Shown: positions 1 through 10,067 of the stretch, piece after piece
Numbering within the stretch: the stretch's first letter is position 1
Layout: each line of letters begins with the position of its first letter
Virus record (IMG/VR): IMGVR_UViG_3300011008_000049
Span: 64,001 to 128,000 of that record
Reading direction: 5' to 3' (one strand)
From: a virus
Taxonomy: Duplodnaviria; Caudoviricetes
Length of the DNA stretch: 64,000 nucleotides
Made by a program: the position numbers and the translations under genes
The notes under the pieces: model-generated
What the model saw: the letters and a program-made list of their open reading frames with translations, nothing else
Database searches by the model: none
Told to the model about the DNA's origin: nothing

Positions 1-2
1 GT

Positions 3-944
3 GGTAGTCATGCTCACGGGACTAATAATGAAAATTCTGATGTTGATATTCGCGGAGTAGCAACCAACACGAAAAGAAATATTCTTACCGGATATGATTT
101 TGAGCAGGTCGTTGATGTTGATACAGATACTACCGTTTATTCATTCGATAAGATTATTAAACTTCTTTGCTCTTGTAATCCAAATACTATTGAACTTCTT
201 GGATTGAAGCCAGAACATTATTTCTATTTGACTTCCGCAGGAGTCGAGCTTCTTAATCACAAAGAAATCTTTCTCTCAAAGAAAGCAGTTCATTCTTTTG
301 GTGGATATGCCAATGCACAGTTACGCAGACTTGAAAACAAATCGGCAAGGCTTGTGAGTCAGTCGCAGATGGAACAACATATTCTTAAAAGTATTGAACA
401 CGCTTCTGTTGATTTCAAAAATAGGTATTTCGATATGCCGGAAGATGCGATTAGGCTTTTCATTGATGAATCACAGCAAGAGGAATATGATACAGAAATC
501 TTTATGGACGTTTCTTTGAAACATTATCCTTTACGAGATTATAAAGGTATGCTTTCATCAATGGGTGAAATCATCAAATCGTATAGCAAAATTGGAAAGA
601 GAAATGAAAAAGCGATTAGCCATGATAAATTAGGGAAGCACATGATGCACCTTATTCGTCTGTATCTGATGTGTTTTGATATTCTTGAAAATGGTCAAAT
701 TATCACATACAGAGAAAAAGAACATGATTTCTTAATGAAAATCAGAAATGGTGGTTATCTGGACGAAAACAGACAACCAACAAAAGAATTCTATGACATT
801 GTTGATGAATACGAAAGAAAACTTGACTATTTGAAATCACATACTGATTTGCCGGACGATGTAGACACAACAAAAGTTAAAGACCTTGTTGAAAAGGTAA
901 ATGAAGCGGTAGTTTACGGAGGAATTGCGAATGACAAGAGATGA
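3..944 (+). CDS. Predicted nucleotidyltransferase (Pol-beta superfamily), 5'-truncated by the window edge
   Basis: Frame is open from base 3 and reads GSHAHGTNNENSDVDIRGV (GS..DxD motif), in frame with ORF 204..944. Confidence 0.8.
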   Translation, partial: GSHAHGTNNENSDVDIRGVATNTKRNILTGYDFEQVVDVDTDTTVYSFDKIIKLLCSCNPNTIELLGLKPEHYFYLTSAGVELLNHKEIFLSKKAVHSFGGYANAQLRRLENKSARLVSQSQMEQHILKSIEHASVDFKNRYFDMPEDAIRLFIDESQQEEYDTEIFMDVSLKHYPLRDYKGMLSSMGEIIKSYSKIGKRNEKAISHDKLGKHMMHLIRLYLMCFDILENGQIITYREKEHDFLMKIRNGGYLDENRQPTKEFYDIVDEYERKLDYLKSHTDLPDDVDTTKVKDLVEKVNEAVVYGGIANDKR

Positions 945-1890
945 CGTTCTGAATTCTATTCAGTTAAAGAAAAGATTTTGTAAAGATTGCAATTTGCCTA
1001 TTGCGGTATTTGATAATCCTTATTTCTATGAAAGACTTTCCACACTTGATATTCTGTATGGTTGTGTAGAAAAGTTCGATGATTTTTGCAACGAACTTTT
1101 GAATTTCAAAACGGAGCAGGATTATTTTGAAACGTATAATTCTATTAAAGATAGAATGATTACATATATTAAAGATAATTCTATTTATCAAGAATTCAAT
1201 AAGCAGTCATTCAATAAGCCTGATTTGGGATTAGGGAAAAGAAATCTCTATGTTGAGCAGAATGATGGCGGCACTTTTGTTTCTATTGATATGAAGAAGG
1301 CAAACTTCTCCGCCATGCGCAAGTATTCAAGATTGATTTTTGATTCTTGTAATACATGGGAAGAATTTGTTGGAAAGTTTACGGATAGTCAGCATATCAA
1401 GAATAGCAAATATATTCGTCAAGTGGTTCTTGGTGCTTGTAATCCAAAGCAGCAAATTAGGTTTGAAAACTTTCTAATGACTTATTTGTGTAAACATATT
1501 ATTGAAAAACTTGGAGACAGCGTTGATATTTATAGTCTCGGAGAAGATGAAATCATCATCACCATTCAAAATCCGAATGAACCGGTTAATTTCCCTGTTG
1601 GCGTTTCTCTGAATCAGCTTAAAGATATTGTGAATTCTTGTCCTGGCGAAATCGGAAATCTTGTAAGAGTTGAAATGTTCGACTTACATAAAATCAGTGA
1701 TATTGGCTGGATGAAGGTTATGTGTGGAAGTACGGATAAGATTGAATTTAAGTGTATTGATGCAGAAATCTTTCACCAGATTGTTAAACACTATTTCGAT
1801 TTGCGGATTACAGAAAATGACCTTGTGTTCTATCATAATGGTAGACTTGCAAGATTTCTGAAGGAGGTAGACAATCCGTGGAACGAATAA
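925..1890 (+). CDS. Hypothetical phage protein
   Basis: 321-aa ORF, GGAGG SD, overlaps both neighbours. Confidence 0.6.
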   Translation: MRMTRDDVLNSIQLKKRFCKDCNLPIAVFDNPYFYERLSTLDILYGCVEKFDDFCNELLNFKTEQDYFETYNSIKDRMITYIKDNSIYQEFNKQSFNKPDLGLGKRNLYVEQNDGGTFVSIDMKKANFSAMRKYSRLIFDSCNTWEEFVGKFTDSQHIKNSKYIRQVVLGACNPKQQIRFENFLMTYLCKHIIEKLGDSVDIYSLGEDEIIITIQNPNEPVNFPVGVSLNQLKDIVNSCPGEIGNLVRVEMFDLHKISDIGWMKVMCGSTDKIEFKCIDAEIFHQIVKHYFDLRITENDLVFYHNGRLARFLKEVDNPWNE

Positions 1891-3251
1891 ATCTTCCTAT
1901 GCAAGTTGAATTTCTTCTTAACAGATTGCAGGAAGCTGGATTTGAAGCATATGTTGTTGGCGGTTGTGTTAGAGATAGCATTATGGGGCTTACTCCGCAC
2001 GATTGGGATATATGTACTTCTGCATTGCCGGAACAAGTCATTGAGATTTTCAAAGACCAAAATGTTGTTCCAACTGGATTAAAACATGGAACGGTAACTG
2101 TTATTCTTGAACAATCCCCTATTTGTGAGAGTAATTCTTTTGAAATAACAACCTATCGTGTTGAGGGAGATTATCAAGATAATCGCCATCCGGAATATCT
2201 CGAATTTGTTTCTGACCTTTCACTTGACCTTATGCGCAGAGACTTTACAATTAACGCAATGGCATACAATTATAAAGATGGTCTGATTGATTTATACGGT
2301 GGAGTAGACGATATTAAAGACAGAGTAATCAAATGTGTCGGCAATCCGGATGATAGATTTCAAGAAGATGCTTTAAGGATTATAAGAACAATCAGATTTG
2401 CTCTGCGGTTTGGTTTTGACATTGATTTAGATACCTATAATTCAATGCAAAAATATAAACATCTTTTGAAAAATATCTCTGCGGAACGTATTAGCTCCGA
2501 ATTAACCAAAATTTTTGAAACAACAGAATTCAATTACGATGTTAAGAAGTTTTTCTCTTTTGATGGAGATGGCAGCCGTGATATTCAAGCAGAGAGTCCT
2601 ATTGTAGAATGCCTGTTAGATTTAGTAGATACTTTTCTTAACAGAAATGTAGAACGAGAAACTGATTTTATAATGTCAGGACTTGCAGAAGCAGATAAAG
2701 ATTTATCAACTTGTTTGACTATCATATTTGATGATGACAATATAGAAGATATTCTAAAAACATTGCGGTTTTCAAATGATGTTGTTGAAGCATCCGTAAA
2801 AATTCGAGAATATGGATATAAAATTTTAACAGAGTCAAATGAATGGGCGCGGTCATACATTATTAAACAATATGCGCAAAGCCATGATAGTGTTGAGCTT
2901 CGATATTATGCAAGAAAACTCTTGAACCAAGTGTCTTGTTGCCCGATAGAAAGTATTATTTCGTTTGCCAAATCGTTATGTAAAGATAATGAATATATGG
3001 AGATTGCATTGAAGGTATTGGAATCGCAGGTTTGCGATTGCAGAAATAATAACGAAGTATATAAGATTTCGTATCTTGCTATTAACGGAAACGATTTGCT
3101 CGAATTAGGATATAAAGGAAAAGAAATCGGAATTGCTCTTAACCGATTGCTTGATATGGTTATGAAAGAAGAAGTAATGAACATAAAAGCAGATTTGATT
3201 ACCGCGCTTGAAACTATAAAAGAGGATGAAAACGATGAGGTTGTGACATAA
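1878..3251 (+). CDS. cca: CCA-adding tRNA nucleotidyltransferase (class II)
   Basis: VGGCVRD, DWDICT, RRDFTINAM, EDALR and SAERI motifs. Confidence 0.9.
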   Translation: MERINLPMQVEFLLNRLQEAGFEAYVVGGCVRDSIMGLTPHDWDICTSALPEQVIEIFKDQNVVPTGLKHGTVTVILEQSPICESNSFEITTYRVEGDYQDNRHPEYLEFVSDLSLDLMRRDFTINAMAYNYKDGLIDLYGGVDDIKDRVIKCVGNPDDRFQEDALRIIRTIRFALRFGFDIDLDTYNSMQKYKHLLKNISAERISSELTKIFETTEFNYDVKKFFSFDGDGSRDIQAESPIVECLLDLVDTFLNRNVERETDFIMSGLAEADKDLSTCLTIIFDDDNIEDILKTLRFSNDVVEASVKIREYGYKILTESNEWARSYIIKQYAQSHDSVELRYYARKLLNQVSCCPIESIISFAKSLCKDNEYMEIALKVLESQVCDCRNNNEVYKISYLAINGNDLLELGYKGKEIGIALNRLLDMVMKEEVMNIKADLITALETIKEDENDEVVT

Positions 3252-3578
3252 ATGGAATTTAAGTGTACGAATTGTGGAAGCACAAAAGTCTATGCGAAAC
3301 CACAAGGAAGAAGGATGGGCGTATATTGCGCTGAATGCAATTCCTGGATTGCGTGGACTACATATTCAAAAATGAAAGACATTTATAAGCAAATTGAATC
3401 AGAAGATTTGCCGGATAATGTTGCTATGAGAAATATATTTAAGCGCAGCGGAGTTACTACAATGAAATGCTCCAAGTGCGATTGTCTATTATTCAACTCA
3501 TGCCAGCCAAAGGTAAAAGGTCAGTTTGACCTTGTAAACGCCAACTATTGCCCTAATTGTGGTAGAGAGTTGATTTAA
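3252..3578 (+). CDS. Zinc-finger protein
   Basis: Four CxxC pairs. Confidence 0.6.
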   Translation: MEFKCTNCGSTKVYAKPQGRRMGVYCAECNSWIAWTTYSKMKDIYKQIESEDLPDNVAMRNIFKRSGVTTMKCSKCDCLLFNSCQPKVKGQFDLVNANYCPNCGRELI

Positions 3579-3591
3579 TTTATATAGTTAA

Positions 3592-3610
3592 AAATAAGAC
3601 GGAATAACAC
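3592..3610 (+). promoter_or_regulatory. Dispersed motif AAATAAG-N3-GAATAAC (copy 1 of about 7)
   Basis: Related copies at 10004, 10775, 14005, 22562, 24260/24309 and 49151-49172 (-). Confidence 0.7.
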
Positions 3611-3633
3611 CGTGACAGATTGGAGGAAGAACA

Positions 3634-4242
3634 ATGATTGAACCAAGCAATGTCAAGCAGTTTTACGATGAAAATAAAGATAAGGTTTTCTATTACCTGA
3701 CATCCACCGTTAAGAATGTTGATAATTGCGAAATCAAAGAAGTTAAACCGGATTGTTATTATAACATGATTCTTTGGTATTATCCAAAAGATAATACTGA
3801 TGTAAAGAAGATTACAAAATTCAATGCAAGTTGGCTCAATATTTTTGAAACAAAAGAAGATGCTTGTAAAGCACTTGAATATTATAAATCTCTATATTCT
3901 GGTTTCCGGCGCATACCTTATCTATCAATTTCAACGCTAATTGACCATGCAGAAACTTTGCACAAAATAGAGAAAGCCATTGATGATGGATTAAAAGAAT
4001 TTGATAACTATGACGGCATTGACTTTGTAGATGTTTCAGCAAACGGAATTCAAATCAGACTCCATCATAAACAGATTAAGAACTATACATACGGAAATCA
4101 ATATACAATTCGATATGATTTTTCAAATGCTGACGAAGCTCCAAAAGCTGTAATCGAACATTTTAAGGAAATTGACAATCCGGCTGACGTTCAGCGTATG
4201 TTGAGATTTATAGCAGATGGAGAAAAATATGGATGGGATTAG
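3634..4242 (+). CDS. Hypothetical protein
   Basis: 202-aa ORF with GGAGG SD. Confidence 0.65.
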   Translation: MIEPSNVKQFYDENKDKVFYYLTSTVKNVDNCEIKEVKPDCYYNMILWYYPKDNTDVKKITKFNASWLNIFETKEDACKALEYYKSLYSGFRRIPYLSISTLIDHAETLHKIEKAIDDGLKEFDNYDGIDFVDVSANGIQIRLHHKQIKNYTYGNQYTIRYDFSNADEAPKAVIEHFKEIDNPADVQRMLRFIADGEKYGWD

Positions 4243-4507
4243 ATTTGTAGTTTGTCTATTTTATGGAGTTCTTCTTCTAATTCTTCCGATTGCTTGGATT
4301 ATTTCTCTTGCATGGATTCATTATCCGCAAGGAATTATCAAAATGATTAAAGAAAAGAAACTTAAACGCAAGAAGGGCAAATAATGGCATTTATTCAAAC
4401 AATAATTAACGAGATGATTTCCGGCAACTTTTCTTTTGCAATACTTATAGTTGGCATATTGCAATTGATAGTTATGATTATTGGTTTAATTCAGAAAGGA
4501 AAATCGA

Positions 4508-4780
4508 ATGGCAAAAATCATTAAACATACTTGCGCAAATTGTGAATACTACCATCCAACACTTATGGATATGGATGATGAAACTGATTATCACATTCAC
4601 GACTATTGCTCAATATGGGGTAAGCAAATTCCAGACTATATTCTTTTTGATAGAAATGGTTATGTGGAAGGCTATGGTGATATAGAATGCGGAGTTGCTT
4701 GTTGTTGGTGTTTTGAAGCAAGAAAAGATGGCAATTATAAGACACATTTCGCAGATATGAAAGACAATAAGAAAGAATAA
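4508..4780 (+). CDS. Cys-rich hypothetical protein
   Basis: 90-aa ORF with AAGGA SD. Confidence 0.55.
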   Translation: MAKIIKHTCANCEYYHPTLMDMDDETDYHIHDYCSIWGKQIPDYILFDRNGYVEGYGDIECGVACCWCFEARKDGNYKTHFADMKDNKKE

Positions 4781-4794
4781 AATAGAATTTTTAT
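4777..4794. promoter_or_regulatory. Palindrome ATAAAA-N6-TTTTAT (copy 1 of 6)
   Basis: Same arms and 6-bp spacer at 12526, 24386, 34307, 45970 and 63793. Confidence 0.6.
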
Positions 4795-4820
4795 TACATA
4801 GGTAAAGAAAGGATAACTAA

Positions 4821-5927
4821 ATGGAAAGAGAACAAAATACAGAGTATATCTTATCGCTTTCATACGGCAAAGATAGTATTGCTTGTCTTGAAGCCATTAA
4901 ACAACTCGGTTATCCATTAGATAGGATTGTCCACGCAGAAGTATGGGCTACTGATACAATTCCGGCTGATTTACCGCCAATGGTAGAGTTTAAGTCTTAT
5001 GCAGATAAGATTATAAAAGAAAGATACGGAATTGAAGTAGAGCATATTTGCGCTGTTCGGGGGTAAGAAACTTACCTACTCCAAAGAATTCTACCGAGTT
5101 GGCTCAAAGGGAAGATTCGCAGGTTACATATACGGATTCCCTTGCACTGTCAAGCCGTGGTGTAATTCAAGACTCAAAGTTGATGCACTCACAAGAATTG
5201 GAAAAGGTAACATACGAGAAACTGTTTTATCACATTCCGAAGCGCAGGAAACCCGCAGGGGGAAGAAAACAATCCAGTTGGATTCCTCCGACACGGAGCA
5301 TATTGCAATGCAACATCAGCACTCAAAACAAATCCACTCGAACAACTCAATCCTCGGATTCCCAATTCCAAGAGGAACTTGGTGCAACAGCGACCTCAAA
5401 ATTGCTGCCCTACGGATTTCCAATCTCAATCGGCAGAGGGAATTGGTGTACTCAACTCAAACAGAGAGTTTTCAAAGAGCGCCATTGCACAAGGCGCGAA
5501 GAAAAATATTGTGCAGTATCTCGGCATAGCAGCCGATGAACCTGAAAGAATAAAAAGACATTCTGTTCCTGGAAAGATTTTGCCTCTTGTAGACATCGGA
5601 TGGGATGAAGCATATTGCAGAAAATGGTGTGAAGAAAATAATCTTCTTTCCCCTATTTATACCGATTCATTAAGAGGTGGATGTTGGTTTTGCCACAATC
5701 AAGGCGTTGACCAGTTAAGATTATTGAGAAAGAATTATCCGGATTTGTGGGAACTTTTGCTCAAATGGGATAGCGATTCCCCAACAACGTTCAAATCTGA
5801 TGGTCATACTGTTCATGATTATGAAAAACGGTTTAAGGCAGAAGATGATGGTTTGGTAAAACCAGGAGATAGAAAATTCAGATGGAAACAGGTTTTAGAA
5901 GAAGATGACATACAAGGAACGATATAG
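4821..5927 (+). CDS. PAPS-reductase-family (PP-loop) protein split across reading frames, with an internal multi-frame cassette region
   Basis: N-terminal SLSYGKDS PP-loop (4821-5066); C-terminal YLGIAADEPER and RGGCWFCHNQ (to 5927); four GF..C..LK cassettes in three frames between them. Confidence 0.85.
5134..5461 (+). repeat. Four degenerate cassettes bounded by GGATT and CTCAAA
   Basis: 5134-5178, 5280-5327, 5356-5400 and 5414-5461 encode GFPCTVKPWCNSRLK, GFLRHGAYCNATSALK, GFPIPRGTWCNSDLK and GFPISIGRGNWCTQLK. Confidence 0.85.
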
Positions 5928-6075
5928 TCAATGTAATACGATTGATGAATTGAAACAGATAGCAATAAAAGATACGGAAATGGCAATATTCCTTGGCGCA
6001 AATCCTGACAGAATAAGAGCCATTGAAAACGCTATGAACGAAAGAGCAGATGAAATTGAAAAAAGCAACAGATAG
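5905..6075 (+). CDS. Small hypothetical protein (56 aa, MTYKERYSQC...)
   Basis: Short ORF that fills the gap and overlaps both neighbours; below the ORF-track cutoff. Confidence 0.5.
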   Translation: MTYKERYSQCNTIDELKQIAIKDTEMAIFLGANPDRIRAIENAMNERADEIEKSNR

Positions 6076-6544
6076 AAAAGCAATAACAAAACTATTAGCA
6101 GAACAATTAGAAAAACATATAAATCCTCATAATGATACGAGAATTTATACTGCAAAAGAAGTGACTTTCGATTATTCGACAGACCATCCTATTAGGGTTG
6201 ATTATATGGTGTTTAAGCCGGTTAATAATTCTGTTGGCGGCATTGAAAAAGGCGTTTTCTACTGTTATGAAATTAAGTCCTGCAAAGAAGATTTGTTGTC
6301 TGGTCATGGTTTGAATTTCATCGGAGATTATAACTATCTTGTTTTCAATAAAGGTATGTTCAAAGAATTGAAATCCTATGTTCCGTATGATGTAGGAGTA
6401 TATGAATTAACAGAATACGGATTGGATTGTGTAAAGAAAGCAAGATTAAAAACAAGAGAAAGAAGCGTTACAGAGATGCTTCTTATGATGTTTAGAAGCT
6501 CAAATAGAGATTTAATAAAACAAAAATTTGGAGGTAACAAATGA
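6050..6544 (+). CDS. PD-(D/E)XK-like / MmcB-like protein
   Basis: RVDY...YEIKSCKED nuclease-like motif. Confidence 0.55.
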   Translation: MKLKKATDRKAITKLLAEQLEKHINPHNDTRIYTAKEVTFDYSTDHPIRVDYMVFKPVNNSVGGIEKGVFYCYEIKSCKEDLLSGHGLNFIGDYNYLVFNKGMFKELKSYVPYDVGVYELTEYGLDCVKKARLKTRERSVTEMLLMMFRSSNRDLIKQKFGGNK

Positions 6545-7470
6545 GATTAACAAATAACTGGATTAACGGCGATTGCTTAAAGGAATTGAAGAAATTGCCG
6601 GATGAAAGTGTCCATCTCATTATTACATCTCCACCCTATCACAATTTGAGAGTTTATAGCAACGACCCATCAGACTTATCAAATTGTGAGACATATGAAG
6701 AATATTATTACTTACTTGGTCTTGTAATTGCCGAGTGCCAAAGAGTGCTTGTGCCAGGGGGGTAAGTTTGTAATCCAGTATGAGGATTATAATTACACAT
6801 TGGGTAGAGATGGTAGAAATGGACAGGAGAGTTTAACAGGAGATATTAACAAAATCTTTTCTGATAATGGTTTTTCGCTTTGGACGAAAGCATTTTGGAG
6901 AAAGTATTCCGCACAAAGAGCAATGTTGGCGCAGGGAAACCTTTATTACAGAAATATGAAAGCAAGAGACACTATCCTTGCCGCAAATGTAGGATTTGTT
7001 TATGTCTACAAGAAAGCCGGTGAACTTGAAGTAATTAAGGCATCTGATATTACTCTTGCTGAATGGGCTGATTGGGCGGATGGTATGTGGAATATTCCGA
7101 ACTCTGGAATTGGTCATACTACACCATTTGCAGAAGAACTTGTTAAGCGTTGCATTAAACTTTGGTCTTGTCCTGGTGATACTGTTTTAGACCCATTCGC
7201 AGGAGCAGGTACAGTTAATAAGGTAGCAATCGAAAATCATAGAAATGCAGTTGGTATCGAACTCAATAAAGAGTTCTATGACCTTGCAAATGAAAAGAGA
7301 TTTTCCGCATGGACTGATGCCGATTTGGAATGTGATGATTCTATTGAACAAATGAAAGAACGTTTTGCGGAGCAGTTGGCAATCGGTAAAGAACAGTCGG
7401 AAGCTGCAAAGGCTGAAAAGCAAGGAAGAAAGCCGAAAGAGAGGCAAAGAAAAATAATGATGGATGATAT
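6541..7470 (+). CDS. N4-C/N6-A DNA methyltransferase (beta class), interrupted by a +1 frameshift at G6-TAAG
   Basis: GDCL and ITSPPY in 6541-6765; HTTPF and VLDPFAGAGT in the +1 frame; the join restores LVPGGKF. 3' end approximate. Confidence 0.85.
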
Positions 7471-7732
7471 TCTTACAAGAAGCATGGTTGAATCAAAAGA
7501 AGAATGGCGAAAATGGTGTACTGAAATACCTGATTTACATTTTGATAGTGATTGGAATGTAAAAATTATTCCGCCATTTGCTGGTGCGCTTATTAGATTC
7601 ATTGTTTCTAAAAATAATAAACGAGTTTCGGTATATTTTGATGGCTATTCAAAACTCGGTTTTATGTATGATAGTAACGATAAACCAATTCCTTATTTTT
7701 TAAATGATATAAGGAAGGTTTTGGATGATTGA
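7457..7732 (+). CDS. Hypothetical protein, currently fused in frame to the MTase
   Basis: GAGG SD and ATG-ATG at 7457; IIPPFAGALIRF segment is unrelated to MTases. Confidence 0.5.
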   Translation: MMDDILTRSMVESKEEWRKWCTEIPDLHFDSDWNVKIIPPFAGALIRFIVSKNNKRVSVYFDGYSKLGFMYDSNDKPIPYFLNDIRKVLDD

Positions 7733-9215
7733 ATTAGCAGTACCGGTTGAACAAATACCATACATAAGAACAATTGAGGGTAGAAAATTTCACAATGGTA
7801 AGTGGCAGTTCCCGGACACAGCAATTCAGAAACTTATTCAAGTCGGTTTAATTCCTTCAGATACAAAACCAGAAGAAAAGAAGTTCGTTGATTATAATAT
7901 TTCACCGTTTTTGCGTGAGTATCAGAAGAAGATAGTTAATACAGCCTTAAATCACGGTTGCTATGGCATCTTCTCTGATACCGGCACTGGTAAGACGGTT
8001 ATGGGATTAGAAATAGCAGACCACTACAATAAAAGTCTTATTTTATGTCCGCTTTCCGTTATTGAAACCGCGTGGATTGATGATTGCCATAGATTCTATC
8101 CAAACAAAAAGATTATCAAGGTATGGAGCGATAGAGGCAAATTAGATAGACTGAAATTGCTGAATGAGCCAGCAGACATCTATGTAATGAATTATGAAAG
8201 TTACAAGATTGTGCGAAACGAAGTCAGACGTGCTGGATTTGATTGTGCAATTGTAGATGAAAGCAGCGTAATGAAGAATATGTCAAGTCAGATAACGCAG
8301 GTTATATTTGACCTTATCGGCTTTGTTCCTCATAGATTTGTTTTAAGCGGTTGCCCTACTCCGAACCATAATAGCGAAATCTTTCCGCAGATGAAATTCG
8401 TTGAACCTGATTTATTCGGCAATAACTATTACGGATTTCTCGCAAGGTATTTTCATCAGGATATGGCTAATCCTCATTATTGGTATCAGACCGATGAAGA
8501 TAAAGAAAGATACCATTCGAGATTGTCAGAAAAGTCGATTTTCTTGAAGAAAGAAGATTGTATTGACTTACCGGAAAAGGTATTTGAAGTTAGACGATTT
8601 GATATGGCTAAAAAGCAGAGGCAGTATTACGATGATATTGTTGATGATATAAAAGCCAATATCAATCAGTGGAGCAAGTTTGAGTTTACTGCAAAGTTGA
8701 TGAAACTTCGGGAAGTTGCAAGTGGGTTTGTTATCAACAAAGACGAGAGCATAACTACTTTTGACAATAATAAGGATAAATTACTTGAAGAAGTTTTATC
8801 TGAATTAGGGAATAAACAAATTATCGTTTGGTGTCAATTTCAGCATGAGATTGAATCTCTTGCTAAAAAGTTTAATGGTGTTGGATTGACTTCAAAAACA
8901 AAGAATAGAGATGATATTATCCGGGATTTCAAAAGTGGAAATATTAAACTTCTCTTTACACATCCGAAGTTGATAGGAAAAGGACTCACATTCACAGGTT
9001 GCACATATAACATCTATTATTCTTTAAGTTTTAGTTATGAGGAATTCAAACAAAGTCAAGACCGCATACACCGCATTGGTCAGAATAATAAATGTACTTA
9101 CATAATCCTTCAGGCAAAAGATTCAATTGAAGAAAAGATGTATGATTGTGTTCAAAGAAAAGGAAATACAGTTGATGAATTATATTTGGAGATGGGTAGA
9201 ATAAATGAGCAATAA
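7725..9215 (+). CDS. SNF2-family helicase
   Basis: DTGTGKT, DESS, SGCP and QSQDRIHRIGQ motifs. Confidence 0.9.
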   Translation: MIELAVPVEQIPYIRTIEGRKFHNGKWQFPDTAIQKLIQVGLIPSDTKPEEKKFVDYNISPFLREYQKKIVNTALNHGCYGIFSDTGTGKTVMGLEIADHYNKSLILCPLSVIETAWIDDCHRFYPNKKIIKVWSDRGKLDRLKLLNEPADIYVMNYESYKIVRNEVRRAGFDCAIVDESSVMKNMSSQITQVIFDLIGFVPHRFVLSGCPTPNHNSEIFPQMKFVEPDLFGNNYYGFLARYFHQDMANPHYWYQTDEDKERYHSRLSEKSIFLKKEDCIDLPEKVFEVRRFDMAKKQRQYYDDIVDDIKANINQWSKFEFTAKLMKLREVASGFVINKDESITTFDNNKDKLLEEVLSELGNKQIIVWCQFQHEIESLAKKFNGVGLTSKTKNRDDIIRDFKSGNIKLLFTHPKLIGKGLTFTGCTYNIYYSLSFSYEEFKQSQDRIHRIGQNNKCTYIILQAKDSIEEKMYDCVQRKGNTVDELYLEMGRINEQ

Positions 9216-9465
9216 GAATGTAACAACTGCGGAATATAAGATAGATGATAATACTATTATTGTCGGAACATTTAAGAACGGTTCTCTTGCAAGAAGCGAA
9301 CTATATAATATTTTTAAGGCAATGAAAATCGCAGTTCCAAACAAACCGGTTATTTTTGTTCCAGATGAAATATCCGTTAAAACAATGACAATTGAAAACC
9401 TCATATCATTAAGAGATAACCTATCAAAAATTATTGATGATTATAATAAGGAACTTAACAAATGA
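9205..9465 (+). CDS. Hypothetical protein
   Basis: 86-aa coupled ORF. Confidence 0.55.
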   Translation: MSNKNVTTAEYKIDDNTIIVGTFKNGSLARSELYNIFKAMKIAVPNKPVIFVPDEISVKTMTIENLISLRDNLSKIIDDYNKELNK

Positions 9466-10019
9466 AAAATAGTTTTACTATTCTAATAGATATAGATGAT
9501 ACAATTGAGAATCTTTGCGAAGAATGGTGTAATTATCTTAATAAGAAATATGGTTGCAGCGTTCATTATCAAGAAGTGACGGAATGGGATATAAGCAAAT
9601 TCTTTCCGGAACTTACGAAAGAGCAGGTCTATGAGCCGTTGCATACGCCGGAAATCTGGTATCAACTGAAACCAAAAGATGAAGCCGTGAAATATGTTAA
9701 GCAGCTTATGGACGATGGACACAATGTTTATCTTTGCACCTCCACCGATTATCGAAATGTAAGACCGAAATTTGAGGGAGTTATTCAAAAATATTTCCCA
9801 TACATCAAATGGTCACAGGTGATTATTGCAAGTCACAAACAGATGATTAAAGCCGATTTTCTTGTTGATGATGGAGTACATAACCTTGAAAATGGTGATT
9901 ACATCAAAATTCTGATGACCGCTCCGCACAACAAAGATTACGATGCTGAAGGCAACGGAATGTATCGGGCGGATAATTGGGAGACTATTTACAAAATTAT
10001 TATAAATAAGACGGAATAA
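9462..10019 (+). CDS. 5'(3')-deoxyribonucleotidase (HAD, NT5C family)
   Basis: DIDDT motif I and LVDD motif. Confidence 0.85.
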   Translation: MKNSFTILIDIDDTIENLCEEWCNYLNKKYGCSVHYQEVTEWDISKFFPELTKEQVYEPLHTPEIWYQLKPKDEAVKYVKQLMDDGHNVYLCTSTDYRNVRPKFEGVIQKYFPYIKWSQVIIASHKQMIKADFLVDDGVHNLENGDYIKILMTAPHNKDYDAEGNGMYRADNWETIYKIIINKTE

Positions 10020-10023
10020 CCTC

Positions 10024-10052
10024 TTGACAGATTAAAAGAAATGTGGTATAAT
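10024..10052 (+). promoter_or_regulatory. Sigma-A promoter with extended -10
   Basis: TTGACA-17bp-TATAAT with TG; directly preceded by the AATAAGACGGAATAAC motif. Confidence 0.85.
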
Positions 10053-10067
10053 GTAGGAGATAGTGAA

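Noticed and set aside
5134-5461. Cassette repeats as a mini-CRISPR array or DGR VRs
   Set aside because: Boundaries are only 5-6 bp, spacing is irregular, and there is no similarity to the TR or adenine-specific pattern
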